A model generated the notes under the pieces. It was not told the origin of the DNA. It saw only the letters and a program-made list of their open reading frames with translations, and searched no databases. From a virus: DNA of 64,000 bases. This document shows positions 27,293 through 36,273 of the stretch, piece by piece. The stretch lies in IMG/VR virus record IMGVR_UViG_3300009703_004110, positions 133,298 through 197,297 of that record. The stretch is one strand, 5' to 3'. A program made the translations under genes and the position numbers. Numbering within the stretch: the stretch's first letter is position 1; every line of letters begins with the position of its first letter.

Positions 27293-29896
27293 TTATTTGT
27301 CTAGTATATTGTTTATAGTTGTATCTATTAATTCAGAAACTTCAAAAAATCCAGCTTTATCAGCTTGATTTGCAATTTTGGTCAAAGCCATAATCACTTC
27401 GAGATTTGCGTGCTTTCCTCTAAAGTTTCCTGTAGGAGCGCTCTTAGCCACACCTTCAGAATGTGATTTCTGCTCTAATGAATTTTCAACAAGCCCGCCA
27501 TTTCCCATTGCGTCTGCGACAACAATAGCTTCAGGGTGAGCCTCCTGAACCAAGTCAGCACCTTTCTCTCCATGTAATTCATAAAGGTCGCGGTAATCTG
27601 CCTTGGATTTGTCCGCTTTCGTATTGTACTGACTCTTAAGTCCAGCAAAATACGATTTGGCATATTGGTCTGAAAGACCAACGATAGCGTCACTTATATA
27701 CTTATTTGGATATTCGTTTGCCATCTTCACTCCAATGGTCGATCTATTAGTAGATCTCTTAATTAAGTCTGTGTATATTACTAGATTTTCAGCTCGTCTT
27801 GAACGACCTCTTCTTCTATAATACTTAACAGCATTTTTCCATCCACTATGACGCCTTCTTCCCTGTTTTGGTATAGCGTGTCTCATGAATTTTCTCAATT
27901 GAGAAGGAGTGTGAACGCCTTCTTTATAGAGATACCCAAGCGAATTTAGATAGTCTACTTCCGGCCTACCAGTCTTTCTAATAAATCCGCCCCACTGATT
28001 ATCTGGATCTACGAAAGCTTTGCCGACAGGATGGTTGAGTAATCTCTTGACCATTCTGAACGCTGTGCTTCTAAACCCTGCCGGGGTATCTGTTATATCT
28101 ATTGGGACACCATAGACATCTAGAATTGTCCTTTCACCTTCTACGCCTTCGCCGATTCTTGGAGATGCAACAGGTTTAGTTCCTTGCTGTACACCGCCTT
28201 CTGTGCCTGCTCCTGCACCGACTCCCTGACCGCCACTAATACTTTCTCCGCCACCCGCATTGATAAGTGCTCGGAATTGCTCTTTTGCAGAACCAAGAGC
28301 TGCTAACAGTTCCTGATCCGCCGCAAGAGTATCCTCCCAGTGATTTGCTGCTGACAAATGTTCAGCAATATCATCACTACTTCTCATAAAATTAGTCGTC
28401 TCAGTTTTAAGTTCGCTAAGCTGTACCATTGCTTCGTCTTTCTCTTCGTCAGTTGACTCCGAAAGATTGTAAAGTACAGAGGCAGAACGCTGATTATCTC
28501 CAAGCTCATCAACCATATGCTGGTTGTGAGTTTCACCAGGACTAGCTGCAACAAACCTTAAAGCCTTATGCTTAGCCGTGGAAGCAATGATAGCCTTATG
28601 AAGACGATTAATAGCCTCTTGATATGCGGCTAATTTATCGGCATCTCCCGAGATATAAGCCCAAATATTATCCCAGTTAAAATATACAGCAAGAAGAATA
28701 GCTCCAACTGCCGCATATGTTATTCCCTTAATTGCAAGGCCCGCAACAGTGCCCTCACCCATAAGCTTTTGGAGCCATTGAAGATTGCCACGCCTTATTG
28801 CCTGTAGCCAGGTTTCTGGTAAGTCGGAAGCCTTAACCGCTTTTTTTCCGGCCTTTCTTCCGGAATCTGCGAACTGCTTACATAGTTTTTTAATTGCCTC
28901 TTGATTACCGGCAGATGTCTTTGCCACAGCCTCAATCTGTCCAACAAGCTCTTGCTTAAGCTCTCCCAAGCCAAAACGCATAGAGCCGGCAATCTCTTCG
29001 GCTGCCGCTATATTTCTTTCGGCTATGGCTCTAACCTCATCTGTCATAGTAGAGAGTGTGCCTTTTACTTCTCGTACTGAACCTTCTAGTACAACAACAG
29101 CTTCTTCTAGAACACCTAATTGCTGACTAGATGTATTTAAATCATCCGCCAGTTTGGTAACTTCTGGAGTTACTGCTCCACCAGAATTAACAATTGCAGT
29201 GGTTAAATCTTCAACCGCTGGAGCTTCTGCCTTTAATGTTGCATCAGCAGGGTTCGGCTTCGTAGGCGAAACCTCTGGAGCTTCAGGCTTTGCAGCTGGA
29301 GCCTCAGGCTTTACCGGAGGAACCTCCGGAGCATCAGGTTTTACTGTCGGAGCATCTGGTACCTTTACTGGCGGCACATCTGTCCTAGCTGCCGCAGTAG
29401 TTAATTCTGCTATACGTGAGTCTAGTCCGGTCGTCACCCCTGGGATGCCATTATTTATACGGATTGCAAGATACTTTTCAACAGCAACTGCCGCTTCTGG
29501 AGTTGACTCTGCAAAGTCGATAGACTCTCGCGCCTTTTCTAGTAGCTGCTTAAACTTGCCTAACTCTTCGGATGATCTTTGCAAATAAGCTATATCGTCC
29601 CAGCCATCTCCGGCCGCCTCTTTAGTAGCCTTTGCTAAAATTCGAAACTGTTCATCTAAAGACTTTAAGTTAACTTTAAATAGATCTTCAAACATGCTAT
29701 GAAATTCAGCTGTATTTTTAAGAGTAACCTTTGTAGCTACGGTTGCAAACCCAAGAGCATCATCAATATATTTGGCAAAGTCGCCAAACGCACCAACAGC
29801 CATATCAGCCTTGCTGCCCTTCTTTTCGATAAAAGAATGCATTACAGACGAATATATGTCGAATACTTCAGATAAAGATACTGGTTGAATTTTCAT
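27293..29896 (-). CDS. large internal head (possible ejection) protein with Pro-rich repeats and a TM helix
   Basis: Ala-rich coiled coil, K-P-E/D-A-P repeats, hydrophobic ITYAAVGAILLAVYF, C-terminal hairpin motif. Confidence 0.5.
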   Translation of the reverse strand: MKIQPVSLSEVFDIYSSVMHSFIEKKGSKADMAVGAFGDFAKYIDDALGFATVATKVTLKNTAEFHSMFEDLFKVNLKSLDEQFRILAKATKEAAGDGWDDIAYLQRSSEELGKFKQLLEKARESIDFAESTPEAAVAVEKYLAIRINNGIPGVTTGLDSRIAELTTAAARTDVPPVKVPDAPTVKPDAPEVPPVKPEAPAAKPEAPEVSPTKPNPADATLKAEAPAVEDLTTAIVNSGGAVTPEVTKLADDLNTSSQQLGVLEEAVVVLEGSVREVKGTLSTMTDEVRAIAERNIAAAEEIAGSMRFGLGELKQELVGQIEAVAKTSAGNQEAIKKLCKQFADSGRKAGKKAVKASDLPETWLQAIRRGNLQWLQKLMGEGTVAGLAIKGITYAAVGAILLAVYFNWDNIWAYISGDADKLAAYQEAINRLHKAIIASTAKHKALRFVAASPGETHNQHMVDELGDNQRSASVLYNLSESTDEEKDEAMVQLSELKTETTNFMRSSDDIAEHLSAANHWEDTLAADQELLAALGSAKEQFRALINAGGGESISGGQGVGAGAGTEGGVQQGTKPVASPRIGEGVEGERTILDVYGVPIDITDTPAGFRSTAFRMVKRLLNHPVGKAFVDPDNQWGGFIRKTGRPEVDYLNSLGYLYKEGVHTPSQLRKFMRHAIPKQGRRRHSGWKNAVKYYRRRGRSRRAENLVIYTDLIKRSTNRSTIGVKMANEYPNKYISDAIVGLSDQYAKSYFAGLKSQYNTKADKSKADYRDLYELHGEKGADLVQEAHPEAIVVADAMGNGGLVENSLEQKSHSEGVAKSAPTGNFRGKHANLEVIMALTKIANQADKAGFFEVSELIDTTINNILDK
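29240..29380 (-). repeat. Pro-rich coding tandem repeats
   Basis: VPPVKVPDAPTVKPDAPEVPPVKPEAPAAKPEAPEVSPTKP. Confidence 0.7.
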
Positions 29897-29897
29897 T

Positions 29898-30275
29898 TTA
29901 ATCTCCGGAGATTTCGGAAATGGTACGTTCTATACGATATGCGAGTTTAATATTTCCTAAATCAGCAGCCGCTTGTGCTGCAGCCTTTAGCTCATCTAAT
30001 AGAGACTGCTGAGCAGACGCGTGCTCTTCTTCACTAATGCCATCTGCTTCACCATCGTCAGCAAGCTTCGCACTCTGCTCTACAACTGTTTCTATCGCCG
30101 CAGCTGCAGGTGTTCCTGCATCTTTAATATCAGTTAACTTCTGAACAGTCTGAGCAGTTTGCGCTTGAACCATGAGTTCCAACTTCTTTGCAGTTTCAAG
30201 AATATACTTTTCTAACTCTTGAGCCACAACGCTCTTTTTCCACGCTTGTCTAGTTGTAAGATCCCATTTTGCCAT
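29898..30275 (-). CDS. head-associated protein with C-terminal UVR-like helical hairpin
   Basis: LLDELKAAAQAAADLGNIKLAYRIERTISEI; late motif and AAGGAG upstream. Confidence 0.55.
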   Translation of the reverse strand: MAKWDLTTRQAWKKSVVAQELEKYILETAKKLELMVQAQTAQTVQKLTDIKDAGTPAAAAIETVVEQSAKLADDGEADGISEEEHASAQQSLLDELKAAAQAAADLGNIKLAYRIERTISEISGD

Positions 30276-30376
30276 TATATCTCCTTAGCTATAATAACTA
30301 TATAAATTAGTATGTTTTATTAGAAGCTAAATTGCTTCATATGCACTATCAAATATTTTTGTTCTTCCAAAATCTT

Positions 30377-31259
30377 TCATTTATTTTCCCTTCTAACTCT
30401 TTTAATTACATTTCTGCTAACAGAGAAGCGTTGGGCTAGTGCTTTGCCGCTTAACGTATATGACATAATCAAATCTATTTGTTCTTTAGTAAATTCAATT
30501 CTATTGACAAGCTTTACGCCCCTTAAGAGCTGCCGATATCTTAGCCTTTGTTTCTTCAGGAAGAGGGACGCCCTTGTTGTGAGCGATTCTATCAGGAGCG
30601 GTGAGTGCGCCATGCTTTCTTAATCTCTGTTCATGCATATCACAATAACGTATTCCATTAACTTTGAATCCATCGGTTCTTTCGCATCCTGGTGCGTTGC
30701 AAACTTTGGAGCCATAGTTTTTATCAAATGTTATTTTCCTTTTATCCAGCTCATCTTGAGTTGGCTGGTAACCTTTTTTGTAATTACCAGCATGAAGATT
30801 TTCTTTGTGATGTTCTGATATTTTTCTTTTATGTTCTTCAGAAAGTTTTCTGCCTCGATTAGCTTCGTGAGCTTTTTTTATACTTTCAAGAGTATGGTGC
30901 TTGTGCCAATCTTCGGACATCTTCTTCTTTGTTTCTTCGGAGTGTTTCCAGCCCCCACGAGTATTCCCGCCGGGCCTTAGATTGTATCCAAACTTTTTAT
31001 CTTGAGACTTATATTGTCTTATTACCCTTGCCTCTGCTAAGTCGCAATCATTTTTAAAAATATGCTCCTCAAGGATTTCGAAAGTAAAGTTTTTAACTCC
31101 ATGTTTATTTATCGCATGATGAACATACTGATTGGTCTTTTTATTCTTAGCCAAATATCTATGCCTATACCATCTAGCCATGGGATCTGCACTCTGACCT
31201 ATGTAGACTTTTTTATTCAGAATATTTGTTATTTTATATATGTAGTATTTTTTGGACAT
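30377..31259 (-). CDS. GIY-YIG homing endonuclease with NUMOD3 repeats; C-terminal HTH separated by a frameshift
   Basis: YIYKITN...VYIGQS, GYNL, HSEETKKKMS. Main frame stops at 30501; NRIEFTKEQ...LAQRFSVSRNVIKRVR continues in another frame to 30377. Confidence 0.85.
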
Positions 31260-31297
31260 TATTTGCCCTCCAATTTACATTATACGCAATTTCTCCT

Positions 31298-31993
31298 TTA
31301 AAGCCACATAAACTCTAATGTTCCGTTGACAGAACTCGGCGGACCAGTAACATATGCAATTGCCGGATGGTTTTCTGTTGGCTGCTCAGTAGTAAGCTTT
31401 CCATCCAATCCAACATATAGGTTGGCATTCAATGGATAGAGCTGAAGAGTATCAAACTGGTCTGTAGCATAGATGCCACGCTGATAATGGACGGTAATTC
31501 TACCAGACCCGATGGTTGAGTCATCTCCTGGCTTAGTAGCTATACGATAGGCATAACTAACAACTACTTTAAATGCGTTAAAATCTCCATCGCCATCTGT
31601 ATCATAATTAAGTGCCGTACCTGCTGGAACCGTAATAATGCCATTTACATCATTAAGCTCTACAGTTATAGTTGAGGTAAAACTATTTCTGTTAATGTGC
31701 GGAAATTCAAGAGGGCCCATTTGATCCGTAGAGGTCACTCTAACACCATTTGATTCTGTAATATGCAAAGTATTAACTTCGATAATCACAACTTCATCAA
31801 TTTGTGATTTAGTAAACGCACTAGTTCTTACATCATCAATAATACCGAGCGGAGCTGTACCATCACTGACACCGGCTATAATGTCATTACCCAAAATCTT
31901 AAGCTGCGCAATCATTCCTGATTCGAACTCTGCAGTAGGATCCAGGGGATAACTTGCTGGCAAACCTGTTCCGGTATGTACAACTCTTAACAT
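31298..31993 (-). CDS. second head decoration-like protein
   Basis: GSGRITVHYQRGIYATDQFD...LYVGLDGKLTT, similar to 26605..27267. Confidence 0.6.
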   Translation of the reverse strand: MLRVVHTGTGLPASYPLDPTAEFESGMIAQLKILGNDIIAGVSDGTAPLGIIDDVRTSAFTKSQIDEVVIIEVNTLHITESNGVRVTSTDQMGPLEFPHINRNSFTSTITVELNDVNGIITVPAGTALNYDTDGDGDFNAFKVVVSYAYRIATKPGDDSTIGSGRITVHYQRGIYATDQFDTLQLYPLNANLYVGLDGKLTTEQPTENHPAIAYVTGPPSSVNGTLEFMWL

Positions 31994-32035
31994 ATGTTTT
32001 CCTCCACGGTATTCAGTTTAAAGAGAATAATTAAT

Positions 32036-32070
32036 AAAAAAGGAAGGATATAGAAACATCCTTCCTTTTA
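32036..32070 (-). terminator. Rho-independent terminator
   Basis: AAAAGGAAGGAT...ATCCTTCC followed by a T run. Confidence 0.75.
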
Positions 32071-32090
32071 TCATACTATAGCAAACGGCA

Positions 32091-32696
32091 TTAAGCCTTT
32101 TTAATTTTCTCTATAGTCACCAAAACCATATCAGAAGCGATCTGGTTACCTGATTCAGTTAACTCTTTAGCCATTTTTTGAAGTTCAGAAACAACATGGA
32201 GTCGATCAGACGCTTCTTTAACGAAGTCATCTTTGATACTCATAGCTGTAGTTTCTACAATATCAGAAGCAAAGCCGTGCCCTTTCACTCTTAAGCTGCC
32301 AGCAATCTTACCAAGACCGTTCAGAATATGACCGGCCGTGGCATCGAAATAGTCAGACTCAGATAACTGAGCATCTTCTGCCATAGAAGGATCGCAAGCG
32401 CAAGATTCTTGAGCACACTTCTTACAGACAGCTAAAGCCTCCATCGAGTCAATGCTGCCATCAAGTGCCCCACTAATATCGTCCATTGATACTTCTGTAG
32501 ACATAAGAAAAGATTCAGCACTAGGCTCCACATCAGTGGCTTCTGCTTCTAGATCAGGATTTAAAACAGCTTCTACAGGATCATCAATCGGAGACTCAAA
32601 AAGTTCTTGAGACTCCTTGATAATCTTTGCTCGCTCCTCAAGAATTCTTTGATATTCTTGAGCAATACTATCACCATTAAATCTATTACCAAGCAT
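32091..32696 (-). CDS. head-associated protein with two helical-hairpin motifs
   Basis: LGKIAGSLRVKGHGFASDIV and LQKMAKELTESGNQIASDMV; follows the protease-scaffold gene. Confidence 0.55.
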   Translation of the reverse strand: MLGNRFNGDSIAQEYQRILEERAKIIKESQELFESPIDDPVEAVLNPDLEAEATDVEPSAESFLMSTEVSMDDISGALDGSIDSMEALAVCKKCAQESCACDPSMAEDAQLSESDYFDATAGHILNGLGKIAGSLRVKGHGFASDIVETTAMSIKDDFVKEASDRLHVVSELQKMAKELTESGNQIASDMVLVTIEKIKKA

Positions 32697-32713
32697 TGGA
32701 ATCTCCTTTTAGA

Positions 32714-35700
32714 TTAGTTGAATAAGTCAGAAAGACTTTCGACCATAGTTTTTCTAGGAGTATCCTCTGGGGTTTCGTAACCAACGTTTAGCCCACCAAG
32801 ATCACTGGCTACCTTAACGGTGTCAGGGACTCTGGCGTTTGCTACTGAGCGCTTGAATGCTTCAAATGCCTTTTCGTCAAACTCTAGAACTAAATCTACT
32901 TGACTATCAAGAGCTGCTCTGGTAGGAGGTATTAGTTGCTTGCGCTGCATATCCATCGCAAGGTCATAAGCCCTTCTCATCCTTAGCTTAATCTGCTCTC
33001 TTTCGTCTTCAGCTTTCTTCTCCATGAACTTCTGGCCAAGGGCCGCTCTTGGGGAAGGAACCTGTTCGGTTACAAAGGCAGCGTCTTGGACGCCATCGTT
33101 AGGAACGACATCATTCGCGTCGTTTGCGTCTGACTCCTCTCCTTCGTCTCCTTCGTGATGCTTATCTTCATGCTCATCAACTTCTTCTTCAGCTGCTTCC
33201 TCTGCCTTCTCTTCTACGTCTGCTTCGTCTACTGCATTATTTACAGCACCGTCATCAGCCGCTTGACCGGTAGGCTCTTTCTGAGCTACAACTTCTGCAT
33301 CATCAGCAGCGTTTAGTAGTCCATCATCAGCGCACTGTCCGGTAGGAGTCTTCTCTGCCACTTCTCTCGGAGTACCAGTTGGAGCCTTATCGCCAGGAAC
33401 TGCCTGTACTTGTCCACCAGTTGGCGCTGCTTTCGCTACACCCTCTGCTGCACCTGCACCGTCATCAGCTGCATTGTCATCAACTTCGCTATCATCATCG
33501 CCTTCGCTAGCCTCACCGTCATCAGCGGCCATTTCTGCAGCAGCAGGAGCGGCTTCTTGAGCAAGCTTCTTACGAGCCTCCTCTACCATAGCTGCCCTTC
33601 GAGCCTTTCTCATCTCTAGTGCCTTGGCATATAGTTCTGAATCAGTTGCTTCAGTTGCGGATGCGGTGCTCTGTTCAGGAACTTCCTCTACATACTCAGA
33701 AGTCTTAACTAAAGACTTAGCCATTACGCTGGCCATTCTTAGTAAGGTACGTGCCTCACCAGATAGCTGGGCTGAATCACTTAGAGCGTCAGCAGCGAGA
33801 CCCTTTAGTTCTGCCATTTTCTTAGCAGGAATCTTCTTTCTGTGCTCGAATGCTTCAGAGATCAAGGCTAGTTCATCAGCAGATTCACTAGACTCGGCCA
33901 TAACGACCTTCATATCTCTTAGAAGTCTCTTAGATAGAGCTACTTGTTCTGCATCGCCTTCACCAGGAGTAACGTTGATTTCTACATCACCGCCACCACC
34001 AAGTTCGTCTACGGCAGTTCTAAGTGCAGATACGGCTTCTTCCATATCTACTAGCGCACTGTCTACTCTTGACTTCGGATCGCCTTCTTCTTCTGCGAGT
34101 GGCTCTTCATCAAGTGGAGCCTCTTCGCCCAACGGAGCTTCCTCACCAAGTGGGGCCTCTTCGCCGAGAGCCTCTGGAGCTGCTACATCGCCAAGATCGC
34201 CAAGCGGAGATTCTTGAGCTACGCGAGTTAGCTTAGCAGCAATTGCCGGCAAACCTTCTTCACGAATAGCTGCGACAACAGCCTTACCGTATTCACGGCT
34301 GCTTAGGAATTCCCAATTTTCTTCTAGCTTAGGACCATAGATGTCCTTAGCAGTTGTTGCCAAGACGAGGTGGCCATCAGCATATACTTCGAAGCAAGAA
34401 GCCGCTTTATTAACGGCACCGTTAAGGGCCCTAACCTGCTTGAACTTAGTGCTTAGCTTAGCTCTCTTTTGCTGTTCTTTTATCTGCATATCGCCAGGGA
34501 AAGTTCCAGTGTCTCCACCCATTGACTTATCCTGGTGCATGTGCTTATCGTCCATCCAGTACTTCTTGTAGTCTTCAGACTTAAAAGTAGATGGCTCAAC
34601 AGGCTCAGCGGAACCTTCGCCTGCCGCACCACCGTAGAAGTAGGCTCTCCTCTCCATACGACGTTGTGCAAGCTCAGCTCTCTTTTGCTGCTCTTTTACC
34701 TGCATATCTCCTGGGAAGGTACCAGAGTCTCCACCCATTGACTTGTCCTGATGCATGTGCTTGTCATCCATCCAGTATTTCTTGTAATCTTCTGAGGTAA
34801 AAGTACTTGGCTCGACAGGCTCAGCGGAACCTTCTCCTGATGCACCACCGTAGAAGTAAGCAATACGACGTCTCAATTCCGCACGCTTTCTTAGATTTGA
34901 TTCACTCATTATTTCTCCCATAATGTTTTTAATTGATTTGTCTCTATCTAGACTGGAAAAAGCATAAGATTCTGGTCCTACACCATCCGTATCGAACGTA
35001 TCAGTAAGTTCACCACTGTCACTAGAAACTAATCCTGTGGACTCGCCTCCAGTTCCTCTAACACCTTCACTATCATATGTTTCAAGAGAAGGTGCTCCTT
35101 CAGCAGATTGACCGCTTGTAAATACCTCTCCTTCAGCTGTACTCATTTCATTCTCATACGCTTTACCAAAACTAGTATATAGCGTTTGAATATCTCTATC
35201 TGTTGCGCCGGCGTCCCTTAGCTGGGACAGAGCCTTTGCAAACTGAACCTCTTTAGCTGCTTCCGGACTAAGGGCTGCATCTTGAGCGTTCTTTATAAAT
35301 CCCTTCTTTTCTAGATAGCCGCCAATTAATGACGCCCTCTTATCGATCGTGCAACCTTGCGGCCCACATGCGACCTTTAATAGCTGGTCCAACTCTTCAG
35401 CATTCTTTAACGTTAGATTCGATACGAACTCGTTATAATCAGAAATGCCGTGGCTGACCAGTTCCGCCTTGTGATCGCCAATAGACGCCAAGCACTGAAG
35501 TAATCTAGCCCCAGGTTCTGCAGGCTGAACTACGAGGCTATACTCAATTGGCTGTAAGCCAATGTTGATTTCGCCATATGCAGAACGTGCTGTTACACAC
35601 TTGCAATACTGAGTTGGAGTGCTGGCTCTGTTTCCGCAGTCACTACAAATAGAAGTAGAAACCGCAGTTCCCATAGAACCATATCGAACAACCCCCGTCT

Positions 35701-36211
35701 CAACCTTTCTAGCTAAGTTAGGGTAATTTACTTTATCTAATGCGCAAAGACCTACCGCCTGCTTGTGCTTCTCATCGTAATAAACGTCAAGAATAATACC
35801 CCTGATTCCGTCAACAGATTCAGATTTGTGGTCTACACAAAGTGGCATTCCAATCCAATCTCGGGCGGCCTTCTTTAGTTCTGATTCCGGGAAGATGTCG
35901 CCATTGTTATTCTTGTGAGGTTGAACATTACCGTGCCACTTAAATTGGTCATCAAAATAACCCCAAGCACGGTCACTGCCAACCTTCCTCAAATTACCTT
36001 CGTCATCAACCAGGGAAGCTTCAGCTGCTCTTAAAAATATGATTGTAAAATATAAAAAATCGTCTGATTTAGGAGCCAGAACTTGTGAGGTTCTAGCAAA
36101 CTTTCCAAGCCTTTTCAAAATAACAGGAGACGCGGTAACCGTATCAGCATCGACTTCTTGCACCACATTGCTATTGGAATATCCAAATTTTTTAATATCT
36201 AGTCCAGGCAT
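32714..36211 (-). CDS. prohead maturation protease fused to scaffold
   Basis: NNNGDIF..ELKKA...GMPLCVDH...GSMGT..SICSDCGN...IEYSLVVQPAEPGA (HK97/herpes-type protease with Zn insert), then a long acidic Ala-rich coiled-coil region. Confidence 0.8.
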   Translation of the reverse strand: MPGLDIKKFGYSNSNVVQEVDADTVTASPVILKRLGKFARTSQVLAPKSDDFLYFTIIFLRAAEASLVDDEGNLRKVGSDRAWGYFDDQFKWHGNVQPHKNNNGDIFPESELKKAARDWIGMPLCVDHKSESVDGIRGIILDVYYDEKHKQAVGLCALDKVNYPNLARKVETGVVRYGSMGTAVSTSICSDCGNRASTPTQYCKCVTARSAYGEINIGLQPIEYSLVVQPAEPGARLLQCLASIGDHKAELVSHGISDYNEFVSNLTLKNAEELDQLLKVACGPQGCTIDKRASLIGGYLEKKGFIKNAQDAALSPEAAKEVQFAKALSQLRDAGATDRDIQTLYTSFGKAYENEMSTAEGEVFTSGQSAEGAPSLETYDSEGVRGTGGESTGLVSSDSGELTDTFDTDGVGPESYAFSSLDRDKSIKNIMGEIMSESNLRKRAELRRRIAYFYGGASGEGSAEPVEPSTFTSEDYKKYWMDDKHMHQDKSMGGDSGTFPGDMQVKEQQKRAELAQRRMERRAYFYGGAAGEGSAEPVEPSTFKSEDYKKYWMDDKHMHQDKSMGGDTGTFPGDMQIKEQQKRAKLSTKFKQVRALNGAVNKAASCFEVYADGHLVLATTAKDIYGPKLEENWEFLSSREYGKAVVAAIREEGLPAIAAKLTRVAQESPLGDLGDVAAPEALGEEAPLGEEAPLGEEAPLDEEPLAEEEGDPKSRVDSALVDMEEAVSALRTAVDELGGGGDVEINVTPGEGDAEQVALSKRLLRDMKVVMAESSESADELALISEAFEHRKKIPAKKMAELKGLAADALSDSAQLSGEARTLLRMASVMAKSLVKTSEYVEEVPEQSTASATEATDSELYAKALEMRKARRAAMVEEARKKLAQEAAPAAAEMAADDGEASEGDDDSEVDDNAADDGAGAAEGVAKAAPTGGQVQAVPGDKAPTGTPREVAEKTPTGQCADDGLLNAADDAEVVAQKEPTGQAADDGAVNNAVDEADVEEKAEEAAEEEVDEHEDKHHEGDEGEESDANDANDVVPNDGVQDAAFVTEQVPSPRAALGQKFMEKKAEDEREQIKLRMRRAYDLAMDMQRKQLIPPTRAALDSQVDLVLEFDEKAFEAFKRSVANARVPDTVKVASDLGGLNVGYETPEDTPRKTMVESLSDLFN
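34460..34865 (-). repeat. 216-bp (72 aa) tandem duplication in the scaffold region
   Basis: AYFYGGA.GEGSAEPVEPSTF.SEDYKKYWMDDKHMHQDKSMGGD.GTFPGDMQ.KEQQKRA occurs twice. Confidence 0.95.
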
Positions 36212-36273
36212 ATGAAAATTCCTTGTTAATCACCATTTCTTTAATTATTAGTTATTTGATATTTTTGTGTAAA

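Noticed and set aside
30377..30613. Independent 78-aa gene
   Set aside because: Better explained as the frameshifted tail of the GIY-YIG endonuclease.
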